Shown piece after piece: positions 19,522 through 28,203 of a DNA stretch of 64,000 nucleotides. Where the stretch lies: contig CAWHTE010000003.1 in NCBI GenBank assembly GCA_963832165.1, forward strand, positions 1 through 64,000. The letters are read 5' to 3'. Position numbers and translations under genes: made by a program. Each line of letters starts with the position of its first letter. Within the stretch, counting starts at the first letter, position 1. Below the pieces are notes generated by a model, which was given only the letters and a program-made list of their open reading frames with translations, did not search any database and was not told the origin of the DNA. The stretch is from an uncultured delta proteobacterium (GTDB lineage Bacteria > Myxococcota_A > UBA9160 > SMWR01).

Positions 19522-22500
19522 TCAGAACTCGAAGGCGAGCCTCGTCGACGCGCCGAAGCGCGTGTACGCCGCGCCGAGCGACTTCACCTCGGCGCCGATC
19601 CCCCAGTACACCGACGGGTGCAGGAAGAGCACCCACTCGAGCTTCCCCTGACCACCGGCTCCGACGTCCCAGCTCTCGCCGTTCTGATGCGACGCCTGGA
19701 CGGCCGGGCCGCCTTCGATGTCGAGGAACGCGCTCTCGCCCATGCGAATCGAGAGCGCGAGCCCCGGCTCGACGGAGCCGAAGCCCTGCGGGCTGAAATA
19801 GCCGCCGGGTCTCGGGCTGCCCTCCAGAAGGTCGACCCCGAACGCGTCGTAGTCGTAGTAGTAGCCCTCGGCCGCGAGCATCGGGGAGACCTCGACGTGA
19901 TCTCCGTCGAAGATCCGGTAGCGCATGTCCATGCGGCCGCCGCCGAACGCGTTGATGGAGGTGGCCTTCGCGTCGACGAAGCCGCCGTAGGGCTCGAGGT
20001 GGAACGTGCCCCTCTCGCCCTGGTAGCGCGTGAAGAAGCGCAGGCGATTCTCACGCGCGGAGCCGATCTTGCGCCCGTTGATCGTGTCGCCCACGAGCGC
20101 CACGTACGAGTCGTAACGGAGCGACCGCTCCGCCCCGAGGCCGACCTTCCAGCTCTCGCCGAGGTGGCTGTATTCGACGCGCCCCGGAATGCTGCGCTCG
20201 CCGATCCGGTGATAGCCGAGGCCGAGGCCGAACTCGTTGTTCTCGCCGTGGAAGTCCGTATCCACGCGCGCGAATCCGCCGCCGGTGTCGTCGTCTTCGT
20301 AGTCCAGCTGATCGTCGGTGCGGACCTTGCCCGAGTATTTCTCGGCGCCACCCTCGGCGCGCAGCGTCACGAACGTGCCGGTTTCGCCGCCGGCGTTGAG
20401 CCGACCGGCGCCGCCTCCCTGGACGCCCTCCAGCTCCGACTTGGTCCGGCCGCGCTGCACGACCCCGCGCACGAATCCCTGCAGTCGCGGATCGCGCCCG
20501 CGCATCAGGTCCTTGCGCAGCTCGAAGAGATCGCTCTCGCTTGCGCCGTAGCGGACCGCCAGGTTCGCCTCGCGCAGCGCCTGGTCGCGCTTGTGCTGCG
20601 CGGCGTAGCCGGCCGCGAGTCCCGCGTGGGCCGGTCCGTTCTTCGGCTCCCTCTCGATCACGTTCTCGTAGTGCTCGATCGCATCGGGCGTGGTCTCGCG
20701 TTCGCCCGCGAGCAGGCCCGCGAGCTTGAGGCGCACTCCGATGTTGTCCGGCTGCTCCTTCAGCAGCGCCTCGTACTGCTGCTGCGCCTCGGCGCGGCCC
20801 GCTTTCTCGCCCGAGAGCGCATCGGCGAGCGCCTCGCGCGTCTCGGGCCGCGGATCCGCAGCGAGGAGCTTGCGGTACTCCCCGATCGCCTCGTTGCGGC
20901 GTTTGGGATCGGCCGCAATCAGGCCCAGGTACTCGACGCGCAGCGTCTGGTCGTCGGGGCGGGCCTCGAGGAGACCGCGGTAGAGCCGCGCGGCCTCGTC
21001 GCTGCGCGGGTCGTCGCGCGCGAGCAGCCGCGCGAGCGTGTGGGCCACCTCGAAGTCGCCGGGCTTCTCCTTCGCATAGCGCCGGTACTCCGCGATCGCC
21101 TCCTTCGTGTTCTTCTCGTCCCAGAGCAGCGCCTTGCGGTACTCCGCGCGCAGCTCGGGATCTTCGGGCTTGTCCTTCGGCTGCGCCTTGATCAGCTCGC
21201 GGTACTGCGCGATCGCCTCGTCGACGTGCGCGCGATCCGACGCGAGCAGACGCGCGAGCTTGCGGCGCGTCGCGGGCTTCGGATCGCCCTTGAGGATGGT
21301 GCGGTACTGCTCGATCGCATCGTTGCGGCGCTGCGCGTTGCTCGCGAGCAGATCGGCGTACTCGAGACGCACCGCGTTGTTGGTGGGTTGCTTCTTGAGC
21401 ACGTCGGCGTAGACGGTGAGGGCTTCCTGGCTCGTCGGATCCTCGGCCGCGAGCATTTTCGCAAGTGCGTGCTGTGCTTCGGTGTCGCCGGGTCGCTCCG
21501 ACACGACGCGCCGGAGTTCCTGGATCGCGTCGGGCCGGTATCGCTCGTCCCAGAGCAGCAGGTCGCGGTACTCCGCGCGGTATTCGGGGTTTCCGGGGTC
21601 GCTCTGCACGAGTGTGCGGTACTGCTGGACGGCTTCGTCGATCTGCGCGCGATCCGACGCCAGCAGGCGCGCGAGCTTGTGGCGCGTTTCGGGCCGCGGG
21701 TCCCTCTCGAGGACGGTGCGGTACTCCGCGATCGCGTCGAAGCGTCGCTCATCGTTGGCCGCGAGCATGTCGGCGTACTCGAGCCGCAGCGCCAGATCGG
21801 AAGGTCGGCTGCGCACGACCTCTTCCTCGAGCTTCAGGGCCTCCTGGCTGCTCGGATTCTGTTTGACGAGCAGCTGGGCCAATGTGCGCTTCTGGTCGAG
21901 ATCGCTCGGCTTCGCGGCCACCACGCGCCGCTGCTCCTCGATCGACTCGTTGAGATGGCGGTCGTCCCAGAGCAGCAGCTTGCGATATTCCTCGCGCCAC
22001 TGTGCGTTGTTGGGCTGGGCCTTGAGCAGGATCTTGTACTGCTCGACCGCTTCGTTGAGGTTCGCGCGATCCGATGCCAGCAGGCGCGCATACTTGTGCC
22101 GCATCTCGGGGCTCGGGTCTTTCTCGACCAGCTTCTTGTACTGCGCGATCGCCTCCGAGTTCTGCTTCGAGCCGGCCGCGCCCGAGCCGGCCGAGCCCGA
22201 GAGCAGATCCGCGTACTCGCGGCGCAGCTTCTCGTCGTTCGGCTTCCGCTTGACGAGGTCGCCGTAGCGCCGGACCACCTCCTCGCTCTTCGGATTCTTG
22301 CGCGCGAGCAACGTGGCGAGCGTGTGATCGACTTCGAAGTCGCCCTTCTTCTCGTCGGCGTACTTCCGGTATTCCTGGATCGCCTCGTCGAGATTCTTGT
22401 CGTCCCAGACGAGGAGCTTGCGATACTCGTTGCGGATTTCGGCGTTGTTCGGCTTCGCCTTCAGCAGTGCGCGGTATTCCGTGAGCGCCTCGTTGATCTG

Positions 22501-22995
22501 CTTTTTGTCTCGAGCCAGCAGCTGGGCGAGCTTGTGGCGGCGGTCGGGGTCGTCGCGCACGGCCAGCCCCATCCTGTAGTACTTGATCGCGTCTTCCCGG
22601 CGGTAGGCGAAGCGCGACCAGCCCAGGTAGTCGGCCTGCTTGAACGCGATCTCGGCGTCGTCGTGAAAGCGCTCGAGGTAGCGGTCGTACTGCTTGATCG
22701 CGTCGGTGGTGAGGCCCTGCTTCTCGTACGCGACGCCGAGCTGCTTCATCGCCTCGCGATTGTCGGGATTGAGCTTGGTGACCTTCTGGTAGGCCTCGAT
22801 CGCGGCCTTGTAGTTCTTTATCTCCATGTTGCTGCGCCCGCGCTCGAGGTACCACTTCTCGGTGCCCTCCTTCAGCTGCGCTTGCATCGCCGCCGGAGCG
22901 AGCAGCGCGAGTCCGATCGCTGCGAGCACGGCGCCGACGGAGGCGCGGAGGTTTCGAGGGCGGGTTCTGCGGGTGCATTTCGGCAACGGCGGCAT
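19522..22995 (-). CDS. TPR-repeat protein with C-terminal outer-membrane beta-barrel (BcsC-like export protein)
   Basis: Signal peptide; about 20 TPR-like repeats; about 330-aa C-terminal region of amphipathic strands containing GGYFSPQ and ending RLAFEF. Confidence 0.8.
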   Translation of the reverse strand: MPPLPKCTRRTRPRNLRASVGAVLAAIGLALLAPAAMQAQLKEGTEKWYLERGRSNMEIKNYKAAIEAYQKVTKLNPDNREAMKQLGVAYEKQGLTTDAIKQYDRYLERFHDDAEIAFKQADYLGWSRFAYRREDAIKYYRMGLAVRDDPDRRHKLAQLLARDKKQINEALTEYRALLKAKPNNAEIRNEYRKLLVWDDKNLDEAIQEYRKYADEKKGDFEVDHTLATLLARKNPKSEEVVRRYGDLVKRKPNDEKLRREYADLLSGSAGSGAAGSKQNSEAIAQYKKLVEKDPSPEMRHKYARLLASDRANLNEAVEQYKILLKAQPNNAQWREEYRKLLLWDDRHLNESIEEQRRVVAAKPSDLDQKRTLAQLLVKQNPSSQEALKLEEEVVRSRPSDLALRLEYADMLAANDERRFDAIAEYRTVLERDPRPETRHKLARLLASDRAQIDEAVQQYRTLVQSDPGNPEYRAEYRDLLLWDERYRPDAIQELRRVVSERPGDTEAQHALAKMLAAEDPTSQEALTVYADVLKKQPTNNAVRLEYADLLASNAQRRNDAIEQYRTILKGDPKPATRRKLARLLASDRAHVDEAIAQYRELIKAQPKDKPEDPELRAEYRKALLWDEKNTKEAIAEYRRYAKEKPGDFEVAHTLARLLARDDPRSDEAARLYRGLLEARPDDQTLRVEYLGLIAADPKRRNEAIGEYRKLLAADPRPETREALADALSGEKAGRAEAQQQYEALLKEQPDNIGVRLKLAGLLAGERETTPDAIEHYENVIEREPKNGPAHAGLAAGYAAQHKRDQALREANLAVRYGASESDLFELRKDLMRGRDPRLQGFVRGVVQRGRTKSELEGVQGGGAGRLNAGGETGTFVTLRAEGGAEKYSGKVRTDDQLDYEDDDTGGGFARVDTDFHGENNEFGLGLGYHRIGERSIPGRVEYSHLGESWKVGLGAERSLRYDSYVALVGDTINGRKIGSARENRLRFFTRYQGERGTFHLEPYGGFVDAKATSINAFGGGRMDMRYRIFDGDHVEVSPMLAAEGYYYDYDAFGVDLLEGSPRPGGYFSPQGFGSVEPGLALSIRMGESAFLDIEGGPAVQASHQNGESWDVGAGGQGKLEWVLFLHPSVYWGIGAEVKSLGAAYTRFGASTRLAFEF

Positions 22996-23014
22996 TCTCC
23001 CCGCCGGGGGCTTT

Positions 23015-23029
23015 GCAGATCCCGTGCCC
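23015..23029 (-). promoter_or_regulatory. Sigma54-type -24/-12 motif for the TPR/barrel gene
   Basis: GGGCACGGGATCTGC, 20 nt upstream of the ATG. Confidence 0.55.
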
Positions 23030-23184
23030 AGTGCCGCAGATTGTGCGAAACGCCAGCTTTGCTTTTTAAATTCCGGCTCTGCGGTGGATTGAGGAGTAAC
23101 GCAGTCAGATTGCGTGTAGTCGATTCGACTGGAAAGCGGGTCGAACGAAATCCCGATTGTAGAAATCGACCTTTCCGCGCGGGA

Positions 23185-23607
23185 TCAATCCACTTCGGGG
23201 GTCCCCGTATCGCCTCGACCCTCCCTCAGATCTTCGCGTGCGCGTTGCGCGATTCGCTCGTAGCGCGCGTGAATGCGGTCGAGCTCGTCTTCCTCGAGCT
23301 CTTCGAGGTCGAGCAGCACGTTGTGGGCGCCTTCGCTGATCCGGAGCAGCTCGTCGAGCTTCACCTGGATCGCCTCTCCGTCGCGGTTCTGGATGTTCTG
23401 GATCAGGAACACCATCAAGAACGTGACGATCGTGGTGCCCGTGTTGATCACGAGCTGCCAGGTATTGCTGAAGCCGAACAGCGGTCCGGTCACGATCCAG
23501 ATGAGAACCGATCCGAGTGCGAGGCAGAAGACGACCGGCTTCCCGGTCGCGCGCGCGGTGCCCTTGGCGAGCCGATCGAAGTGCGAGCGCGATCTGGTCG
23601 GGCGCAT
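23185..23607 (-). CDS. Low-affinity iron permease family protein
   Basis: TGPLFGFSNTWQLVINTGTTIVTFLMVFLIQN...NRD..AIQVKLDELLR. Confidence 0.92.
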   Translation of the reverse strand: MRPTRSRSHFDRLAKGTARATGKPVVFCLALGSVLIWIVTGPLFGFSNTWQLVINTGTTIVTFLMVFLIQNIQNRDGEAIQVKLDELLRISEGAHNVLLDLEELEEDELDRIHARYERIAQRAREDLREGRGDTGTPEVD

Positions 23608-23615
23608 GTCGGTGG

Positions 23616-23843
23616 TCAGCCCGTAGCGGCTTCCCTGTAGAGCTCGTCGAGGACCACTTGTGCCTCGGGGTCTCCGCAATCGGCCGCCGACGCGAGTGCA
23701 GCGAGACAGGCGGTCCGCGCGCGCAGAGCGGGCTCGAGCTGGCGGAGTAGCGGCTCCTGCTTGGCCGGATCGCTCTGGAGCTCCAGCTCCGCCTCCAATC
23801 GCTCCACGCGCCGGATCGAGGAGAGCAGTCGATCGACTACCAC
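23616..23843 (-). CDS. Small helical hypothetical protein
   Basis: ORF fills the gap between the DUF3309 and iron permease genes in the same orientation. Confidence 0.5.
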   Translation of the reverse strand: MVVDRLLSSIRRVERLEAELELQSDPAKQEPLLRQLEPALRARTACLAALASAADCGDPEAQVVLDELYREAATG

Positions 23844-23845
23844 CG

Positions 23846-24004
23846 TCAGATCCGCCCCGCCGCGACCAGGATCACGACGACCAGCAGGACGAGCCCCAGC
23901 CCTCCGCTGGGCCCGTATCCCCAACCTCGACTGTACGGCCAGGCCGGGATTGCACCCAGCAGCATGAGCACGACCAGAATCAGGAGCAGGGTTCCGACGG
24001 TCAT
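23846..24004 (-). CDS. DUF3309 family small membrane protein (52 aa, absent from the ORF track)
   Basis: MTVGTLLLILVVLMLLGAIPAWPYSRGWGYGPSGGLGLVLLVVVILVAAGRI; GGAGG RBS. Confidence 0.9.
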   Translation of the reverse strand: MTVGTLLLILVVLMLLGAIPAWPYSRGWGYGPSGGLGLVLLVVVILVAAGRI

Positions 24005-24031
24005 AAGCACCTCCGTTCAGCGGTGTCATCA

Positions 24032-24046
24032 GCACGAATCGTGCCA
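24032..24046 (-). promoter_or_regulatory. Sigma54-type -24/-12 motif
   Basis: TGGCACGATTCGTGC upstream of the DUF3309 gene. Confidence 0.6.
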
Positions 24047-24103
24047 GGCGCTGTGGCGAAGATTCTGCAAATGACGACGGTGGTTATGACGCGGGATGCC
24101 GCT

Positions 24104-24289
24104 CTACGGCGCACCGCGTCGAGAGCGGTCGGCGGCGGACCCCTGTTTGTACGTGACGACGTCTGCCTGGTCGCTCGACGGCCGCTCGGGGCCGGCGTTC
24201 TCGTGTCGCCGAGCCACGTCTTCGCGCATCCGACGGAGCTTCTTGTTCTTGTCCTGTCCATCCTTCTTCTTGCGTTCGCGATCCGACAT
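24104..24289 (-). CDS. Small charged hypothetical protein
   Basis: AAGGAG RBS; MSDRERKKKDGQDKNKK... Confidence 0.55.
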   Translation of the reverse strand: MSDRERKKKDGQDKNKKLRRMREDVARRHENAGPERPSSDQADVVTYKQGSAADRSRRGAP

Positions 24290-24302
24290 GGTGCGTCTCC
24301 TT

Positions 24303-24809
24303 CTAGGTGGCGCTGTCGCGCGTCTCCTCTGGGTCGTCCGCATTCGCCTGGCCGCGCAGCGTCGTCTTCTCCGACAGCAGGTAGCCGTACAGGAGATGGT
24401 CGCCCGCGAGCGACAGCCGATCGAGCGGACGGACGCGCCGCGCCTGCGAGAGCGCGAGCGTCGGCGCGACCACGAGCTCGAAGCCGGCCCAGATGGCCAG
24501 ACCGTAGAGCGGTCCCGACCACGCCGAACGGCGCAGCAGATTCGGCAGCGACGCGAACAAAGCGCCCGCAGCGGCACCGTACGTCCAATGTGCGAGCTCG
24601 ACCTGCGCGCGCCCCGGCCCGCGCCGCACGCCGCGGAGCTTTCGCCACCTCTGCCGAATGATCGACTCGGGCGGCGGCTCTTCGAGCAGGCCGATCTGGC
24701 GCGTGAACTCGCGCAATCCGGTCATCGCCATGGCAGCGATGACGCCTCGGACCGCGCCCTGGCCAAGCAGTGATTGGTGTGCACCGGGTATCGATTCCGC
24801 TGAGGACAT
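24303..24809 (-). CDS. Hypothetical membrane protein (DUF1440-like)
   Basis: GVIAAMAMTG, AHWTYGAAAG, HLLYG; several TM segments. Confidence 0.7.
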   Translation of the reverse strand: MSSAESIPGAHQSLLGQGAVRGVIAAMAMTGLREFTRQIGLLEEPPPESIIRQRWRKLRGVRRGPGRAQVELAHWTYGAAAGALFASLPNLLRRSAWSGPLYGLAIWAGFELVVAPTLALSQARRVRPLDRLSLAGDHLLYGYLLSEKTTLRGQANADDPEETRDSAT

Positions 24810-24865
24810 GGCACTGACCTCTGCGCGCATTCGGCGAATTCGCGCGCGCTCTTCTCGTAGCTGAC

Positions 24866-24897
24866 GCAATCGCCGTGCCAGCTGGCACATCGCGTGC
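24866..24897. promoter_or_regulatory. Back-to-back divergent sigma54-type promoters
   Basis: Minus strand TGGCACGGCGATTGC (24866-24880) and plus strand TGGCACATCGCGTGC (24883-24897). Confidence 0.65.
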
Positions 24898-24910
24898 AAC
24901 AGCATGGGGT

Positions 24911-25540
24911 GTGAAAGCCCAGGCGCGACGAACACCCGACACGAACGAAGTGCGCCGGTCGCCGACGGCACTGCTGCTGGTCGACGTCATCAATCCCATG
25001 AACTTCGCCGGCGCGGATGCGCTGCTCGGGCACGCCATTCCGGCCGCGGATCGGATCGCGCGATTGCGTGTGCGCGCGCGAGAGGCTGGCATCGCCGTCG
25101 TCTACGTGAACGACAACTTCGACTGCTGGCACCTCGGCTTTCGAGAGCTGGTCGAATCGTTCCTGACGGCCGACGTTCCGGGAAAACCGATCATCGAGCG
25201 GCTTGCGCCCGAGCTCGCGCAGGAGTTCTACGTTCTCAAACCAGGCCATTCAGGCTTTTTTCGCACCGGCCTCGAGGAGCTGCTGCGCCGGCTCGATGCC
25301 CGGAAGCTGATTCTCACTGGCTTTGCTGGCGACATCTGCGTGCTGTTCACAGCCAATGACGCCTACATGCGCGGCTTCGACGTCGTGATTCCCTCGGACT
25401 GCGTCGCTTCCGAGCGCGACGAAGACAACGCGCACGCGCTGCGCCAGATGGCGCGCATTCTGAAAGCCGACGTCTCGCCGTCTGACACGATCCGGTTTCG
25501 CCCGCTCCAAAGCGAGCGCGAGGATCGGCGCGTCGGTTGA
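24911..25540 (+). CDS. Isochorismatase-family cysteine hydrolase
   Basis: LLLVDVIN, VYVNDNF, KPGHSGF, GDICVLFTANDAYMR; start could also be the GTG at 24950. Confidence 0.9.
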   Translation: MKAQARRTPDTNEVRRSPTALLLVDVINPMNFAGADALLGHAIPAADRIARLRVRAREAGIAVVYVNDNFDCWHLGFRELVESFLTADVPGKPIIERLAPELAQEFYVLKPGHSGFFRTGLEELLRRLDARKLILTGFAGDICVLFTANDAYMRGFDVVIPSDCVASERDEDNAHALRQMARILKADVSPSDTIRFRPLQSEREDRRVG

Positions 25541-25641
25541 CCGCCGCGCTGCCGTTCTTGCCAAGAGCGATTCTACGAATTGACACCGTCCAGGTTCGGG
25601 CGCGGATCTTGCAGCCTTCGATGTGTTCGGAGGAACGAGAC

Positions 25642-26160
25642 ATGGCGACGTTGTCGAGGGTGAGCGCAAAGGTCACTGGCGCAGCAAAGGCGATGGAAAA
25701 GGCTCTCAGGGGCTATCCCGCGATATTCCGCCATCTGGCGGGCGAACACGGAGAGGTCGCGACGTTGTTGGCGCGAGTAGCGGCGTCCTCCGAGGACATC
25801 GAGATCCGCGGGGAACTCTTCCCAGAGATCCGCAAGAGCCTGCTCGCGCACGCGAAGGCCGAGGAGAAGGAGTTCTACGAGCCGTTGCGCGGTTTCTCGC
25901 GCACGGCGTCGATGATCCCCCAGGCGCTCGAAGAGCACCGCCAGATCGAGCAGCTGCTCGAGCAGCTACACGGCCAGAGCTTCACGAGCGCTACCTGGTT
26001 CGGGACGTTCCAGACCCTCTGCACGGCTGTCGAAGCGCACGTGGAGCGTGAAGAGAACGAGCTGTTCGTGGCTGCGAAGGAAGTGCTCGACAGCGATCGC
26101 GCGAAGCAGATGGAAGAAAGCTACGAGCGCACCGAGGAACGGGAGAAGGCTCGCCTCTGA
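25642..26160 (+). CDS. Hemerythrin-like (HHE) domain protein
   Basis: EHGEV, HAKAEE, EEHRQI, HVEREE; GGAGG RBS; GG-N10-GC motif at 25598-25612. Confidence 0.87.
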   Translation: MATLSRVSAKVTGAAKAMEKALRGYPAIFRHLAGEHGEVATLLARVAASSEDIEIRGELFPEIRKSLLAHAKAEEKEFYEPLRGFSRTASMIPQALEEHRQIEQLLEQLHGQSFTSATWFGTFQTLCTAVEAHVEREENELFVAAKEVLDSDRAKQMEESYERTEEREKARL

Positions 26161-26188
26161 TTCCGGGCTGTCTCTATGGGAGAATGAA

Positions 26189-26869
26189 ATGAACCCGATT
26201 CAATTGATCAAGCAGGACCACCGGACGGTGAAGGCCTTGTTTCGCCGGTTCGAGAAGGCCGACCGCAGCGCGGAGAAGCAGAAGCTGGGCCAGGAGATCA
26301 TCGAGGAGCTTTCGATCCACACCGCGATGGAGGAGATGCTGATCTACCCGCTGCTGAAGGCGCGAGGTCCGCAGCTCGAAGATCCCATCCTGAATGCGCT
26401 CGAGGAGCACCACGCGGTGAAGCTCGTGCTCGCAGAGCTCGACAAGATGAATGCCGACGAAGAGCGGTACGACGCGAAGATGCACGTCGTTCGGGAGTCG
26501 GTCGAGATGCACATCGAGGAGGAGGAGTCCAAACTGCTCCCGCGCCTCGATACGCTCGACGCCGAAGACCGCAGGAACCTCGCGAGCGCCATGCTCCAGA
26601 TGAAGGAGGATGCTCCGAACTACCCGCATCCCCATGTGCCCGATACGCCGCCCGGCGCAGTGATCGCCGCGATGCTCGCGAAGATGACGGACTCGGGGAA
26701 GGATCTCGTGCGCCGGATCACGAGCAGCGACAAGGCTGCGGGCCATCGCCGCGTGAAGCGGCGCGCGAGCCGCACCGCGAGCAAGACCCAGCGCAAGCGC
26801 GCTCGCTCGACGGCGCGCAAGCCCCGCAGCTCGCGAGCGCGGTCGGCGCGTGGCAGCGGAGGTCGCTGA
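26189..26869 (+). CDS. Hemerythrin-like (HHE) domain protein with basic tail
   Basis: DHRTV, HTAMEE, EEHHAVK, HIEEEE, PHPHVPDTPP. Confidence 0.88.
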   Translation: MNPIQLIKQDHRTVKALFRRFEKADRSAEKQKLGQEIIEELSIHTAMEEMLIYPLLKARGPQLEDPILNALEEHHAVKLVLAELDKMNADEERYDAKMHVVRESVEMHIEEEESKLLPRLDTLDAEDRRNLASAMLQMKEDAPNYPHPHVPDTPPGAVIAAMLAKMTDSGKDLVRRITSSDKAAGHRRVKRRASRTASKTQRKRARSTARKPRSSRARSARGSGGR

Positions 26870-26874
26870 GCGCG

Positions 26875-27291
26875 CTAGTCCGAGAAGTCCGGACCGCCCA
26901 CGCGCGGCAGGCCGTCCTCCACGCACACCCAGTCCACGCGATCTTCGAAGTAGAAGTGCGCCTGCGGCGGCCGGTCGATCGGGTCGTTCATGTTCGCGAG
27001 CGCGATGTCGACCATATCGGGGTAGTGCGTCGTCTCGCAGAAGAGCGTGCTACCGCAGCGCCCGCAGAACGAGCGCGTGCCGTGGTTCGACGACCGGAAC
27101 CGCACCAGCACTTCGTCGCCCTTGTCGAGCGAGAACTGCGCGCGCGGCACTGCGAGCCAGGTGACGTAGCCGGCGCCGTGACTGCGGCGGCACATCGAGC
27201 AGTGGCAGTGGCCGCAGAAGAGCGTCGGCATTGCGACGCTGAAGCGCACGGCCCCGCAGAAGCAGGAGCCAGCGGCCGTGGAGTCCGACAT
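26875..27291 (-). CDS. GFA/CENP-V family Zn-binding protein
   Basis: GSCFCG, HCHCSMCRR, RSFCGRCGS. Confidence 0.92.
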   Translation of the reverse strand: MSDSTAAGSCFCGAVRFSVAMPTLFCGHCHCSMCRRSHGAGYVTWLAVPRAQFSLDKGDEVLVRFRSSNHGTRSFCGRCGSTLFCETTHYPDMVDIALANMNDPIDRPPQAHFYFEDRVDWVCVEDGLPRVGGPDFSD

Positions 27292-27355
27292 GCCGTCGAT
27301 CCTATCACGCCGCGCGAGCGCGGTTGCTAAGTCACTGAATCGGCAGCGAGAGCGC

Positions 27356-27431
27356 TGGAGCCGACGGCCGGATTCGAACCGGCGACCTGCTGATTACGAA
27401 TCAGCTGCTCTACCAGCTGAGCTACGTCGGC
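27356..27431 (-). tRNA. tRNA-Thr (anticodon CGT)
   Basis: GCCGACGTAGCTCAGCTGGTAGAGCAGCTGATTCGTAATCAGCAGGTCGCCGGTTCGAATCCGGCCGTCGGCTCCA; 76-nt cloverleaf with encoded CCA. Confidence 0.97.
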
Positions 27432-27569
27432 GCGGATCGCTCGCTTTGGGTCTCGGGGCGAAGCGCGCGCGACTTTAGCCCCGGGGTTTCGCGCGTGCCA
27501 TTAGAGAGATTACAGAGTCGTTGGTTGCGGCCCGCGGCGGTTCCCTTAGGATGGGACGCGGAGGTCGCG

Positions 27570-27899
27570 ATGACCGTACTCCCGATCGTCGATCTGCTGA
27601 TCCTGATGGGGACGGGAAGCCTTGGGGTCGGCTTCGTGCTGAAGGGGGTCGCCCTCACCACGACCTACAACCCGACCTTCCTGGGCTTCTCCTCGATCGA
27701 CATGCTGCTGATCGCGCTGACCTGCTTCGGCTTCGCGCTCGTGCTCGCGGCCCGGACGTGGCTCCGGCTGAACGAGCCCCACATCCAAGCGCTCGAGCGG
27801 CGGATCGGGGAGGAGGAGGCGCGGCGCAGGGTGCAGGATTACGAGCAGCGGAATGGGGTGATCGCGGCGCAGGAGCGCGGAGAGTCGGGAGTGGGTTAG
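27570..27899 (+). CDS. Hypothetical two-TM membrane protein
   Basis: GGAGG RBS; two hydrophobic segments followed by a coiled tail. Confidence 0.7.
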   Translation: MTVLPIVDLLILMGTGSLGVGFVLKGVALTTTYNPTFLGFSSIDMLLIALTCFGFALVLAARTWLRLNEPHIQALERRIGEEEARRRVQDYEQRNGVIAAQERGESGVG

Positions 27900-27939
27900 C
27901 GGCCGGGAGATCGGAAGGCGGGATCCAAGAGATCCAGAA

Positions 27940-28013
27940 GGCGGGATCCGCCTTCGGCTCCTCCCGCCCTACGAGCGTAAGGCGGGATCCGCCTTCGGCT
28001 CCTCCCGCCCTAC
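27940..28013 (-). repeat. Tandem pair of identical 33-bp GTAG-type REPs (plus a partial copy at about 27915-27926)
   Basis: GGCGGGATCCGCCTTCGGCTCCTCCCGCCCTAC at 27940-27972 and 27981-28013. Confidence 0.88.
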
Positions 28014-28102
28014 GAGCGGCGAACCAGCGAGAGCGCTGAGAGCGCCATGTCGCGGTAGAGCTCCGCCGAGGCCGTCCAGATCGCCTTCGTCCGCTTCAGC
28101 AT
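28010..28102 (-). CDS. Candidate 30-aa small protein
   Basis: GGAGG RBS before the ATG; MLKRTKAIWTASAELYRDMALSALSLVRRS; stop lies in the REP GTAG. Confidence 0.45.
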   Translation of the reverse strand: MLKRTKAIWTASAELYRDMALSALSLVRRS

Positions 28103-28203
28103 GCCGATGCCTCCAAAAGGGATGTGGGCGTGGGCCCGATCGGGTGGCGCCGAAAATCGCGCTGGGACCTGCGACCCGCGGGGGCTACCCTGCGCACCCG
28201 GTA

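Noticed and set aside
19618..23640. Very long antisense ORFs (also 4138..6237, 28213..30801, 32353..35361, 45690..47999)
   Set aside because: Shadow frames opposite clear genes, expected from high-GC codon bias; no motifs
27325..27431. tRNA-Thr as the attachment site of an integrated island
   Set aside because: I found no duplicated tRNA 3' end and no integrase; only a weak TAAGTCACTGA motif nearby
27915..28020. Tandem 33-bp repeats as a CRISPR array
   Set aside because: Only two full copies 8 nt apart, no cas genes, and the same sequence occurs singly at 55474; it is a REP
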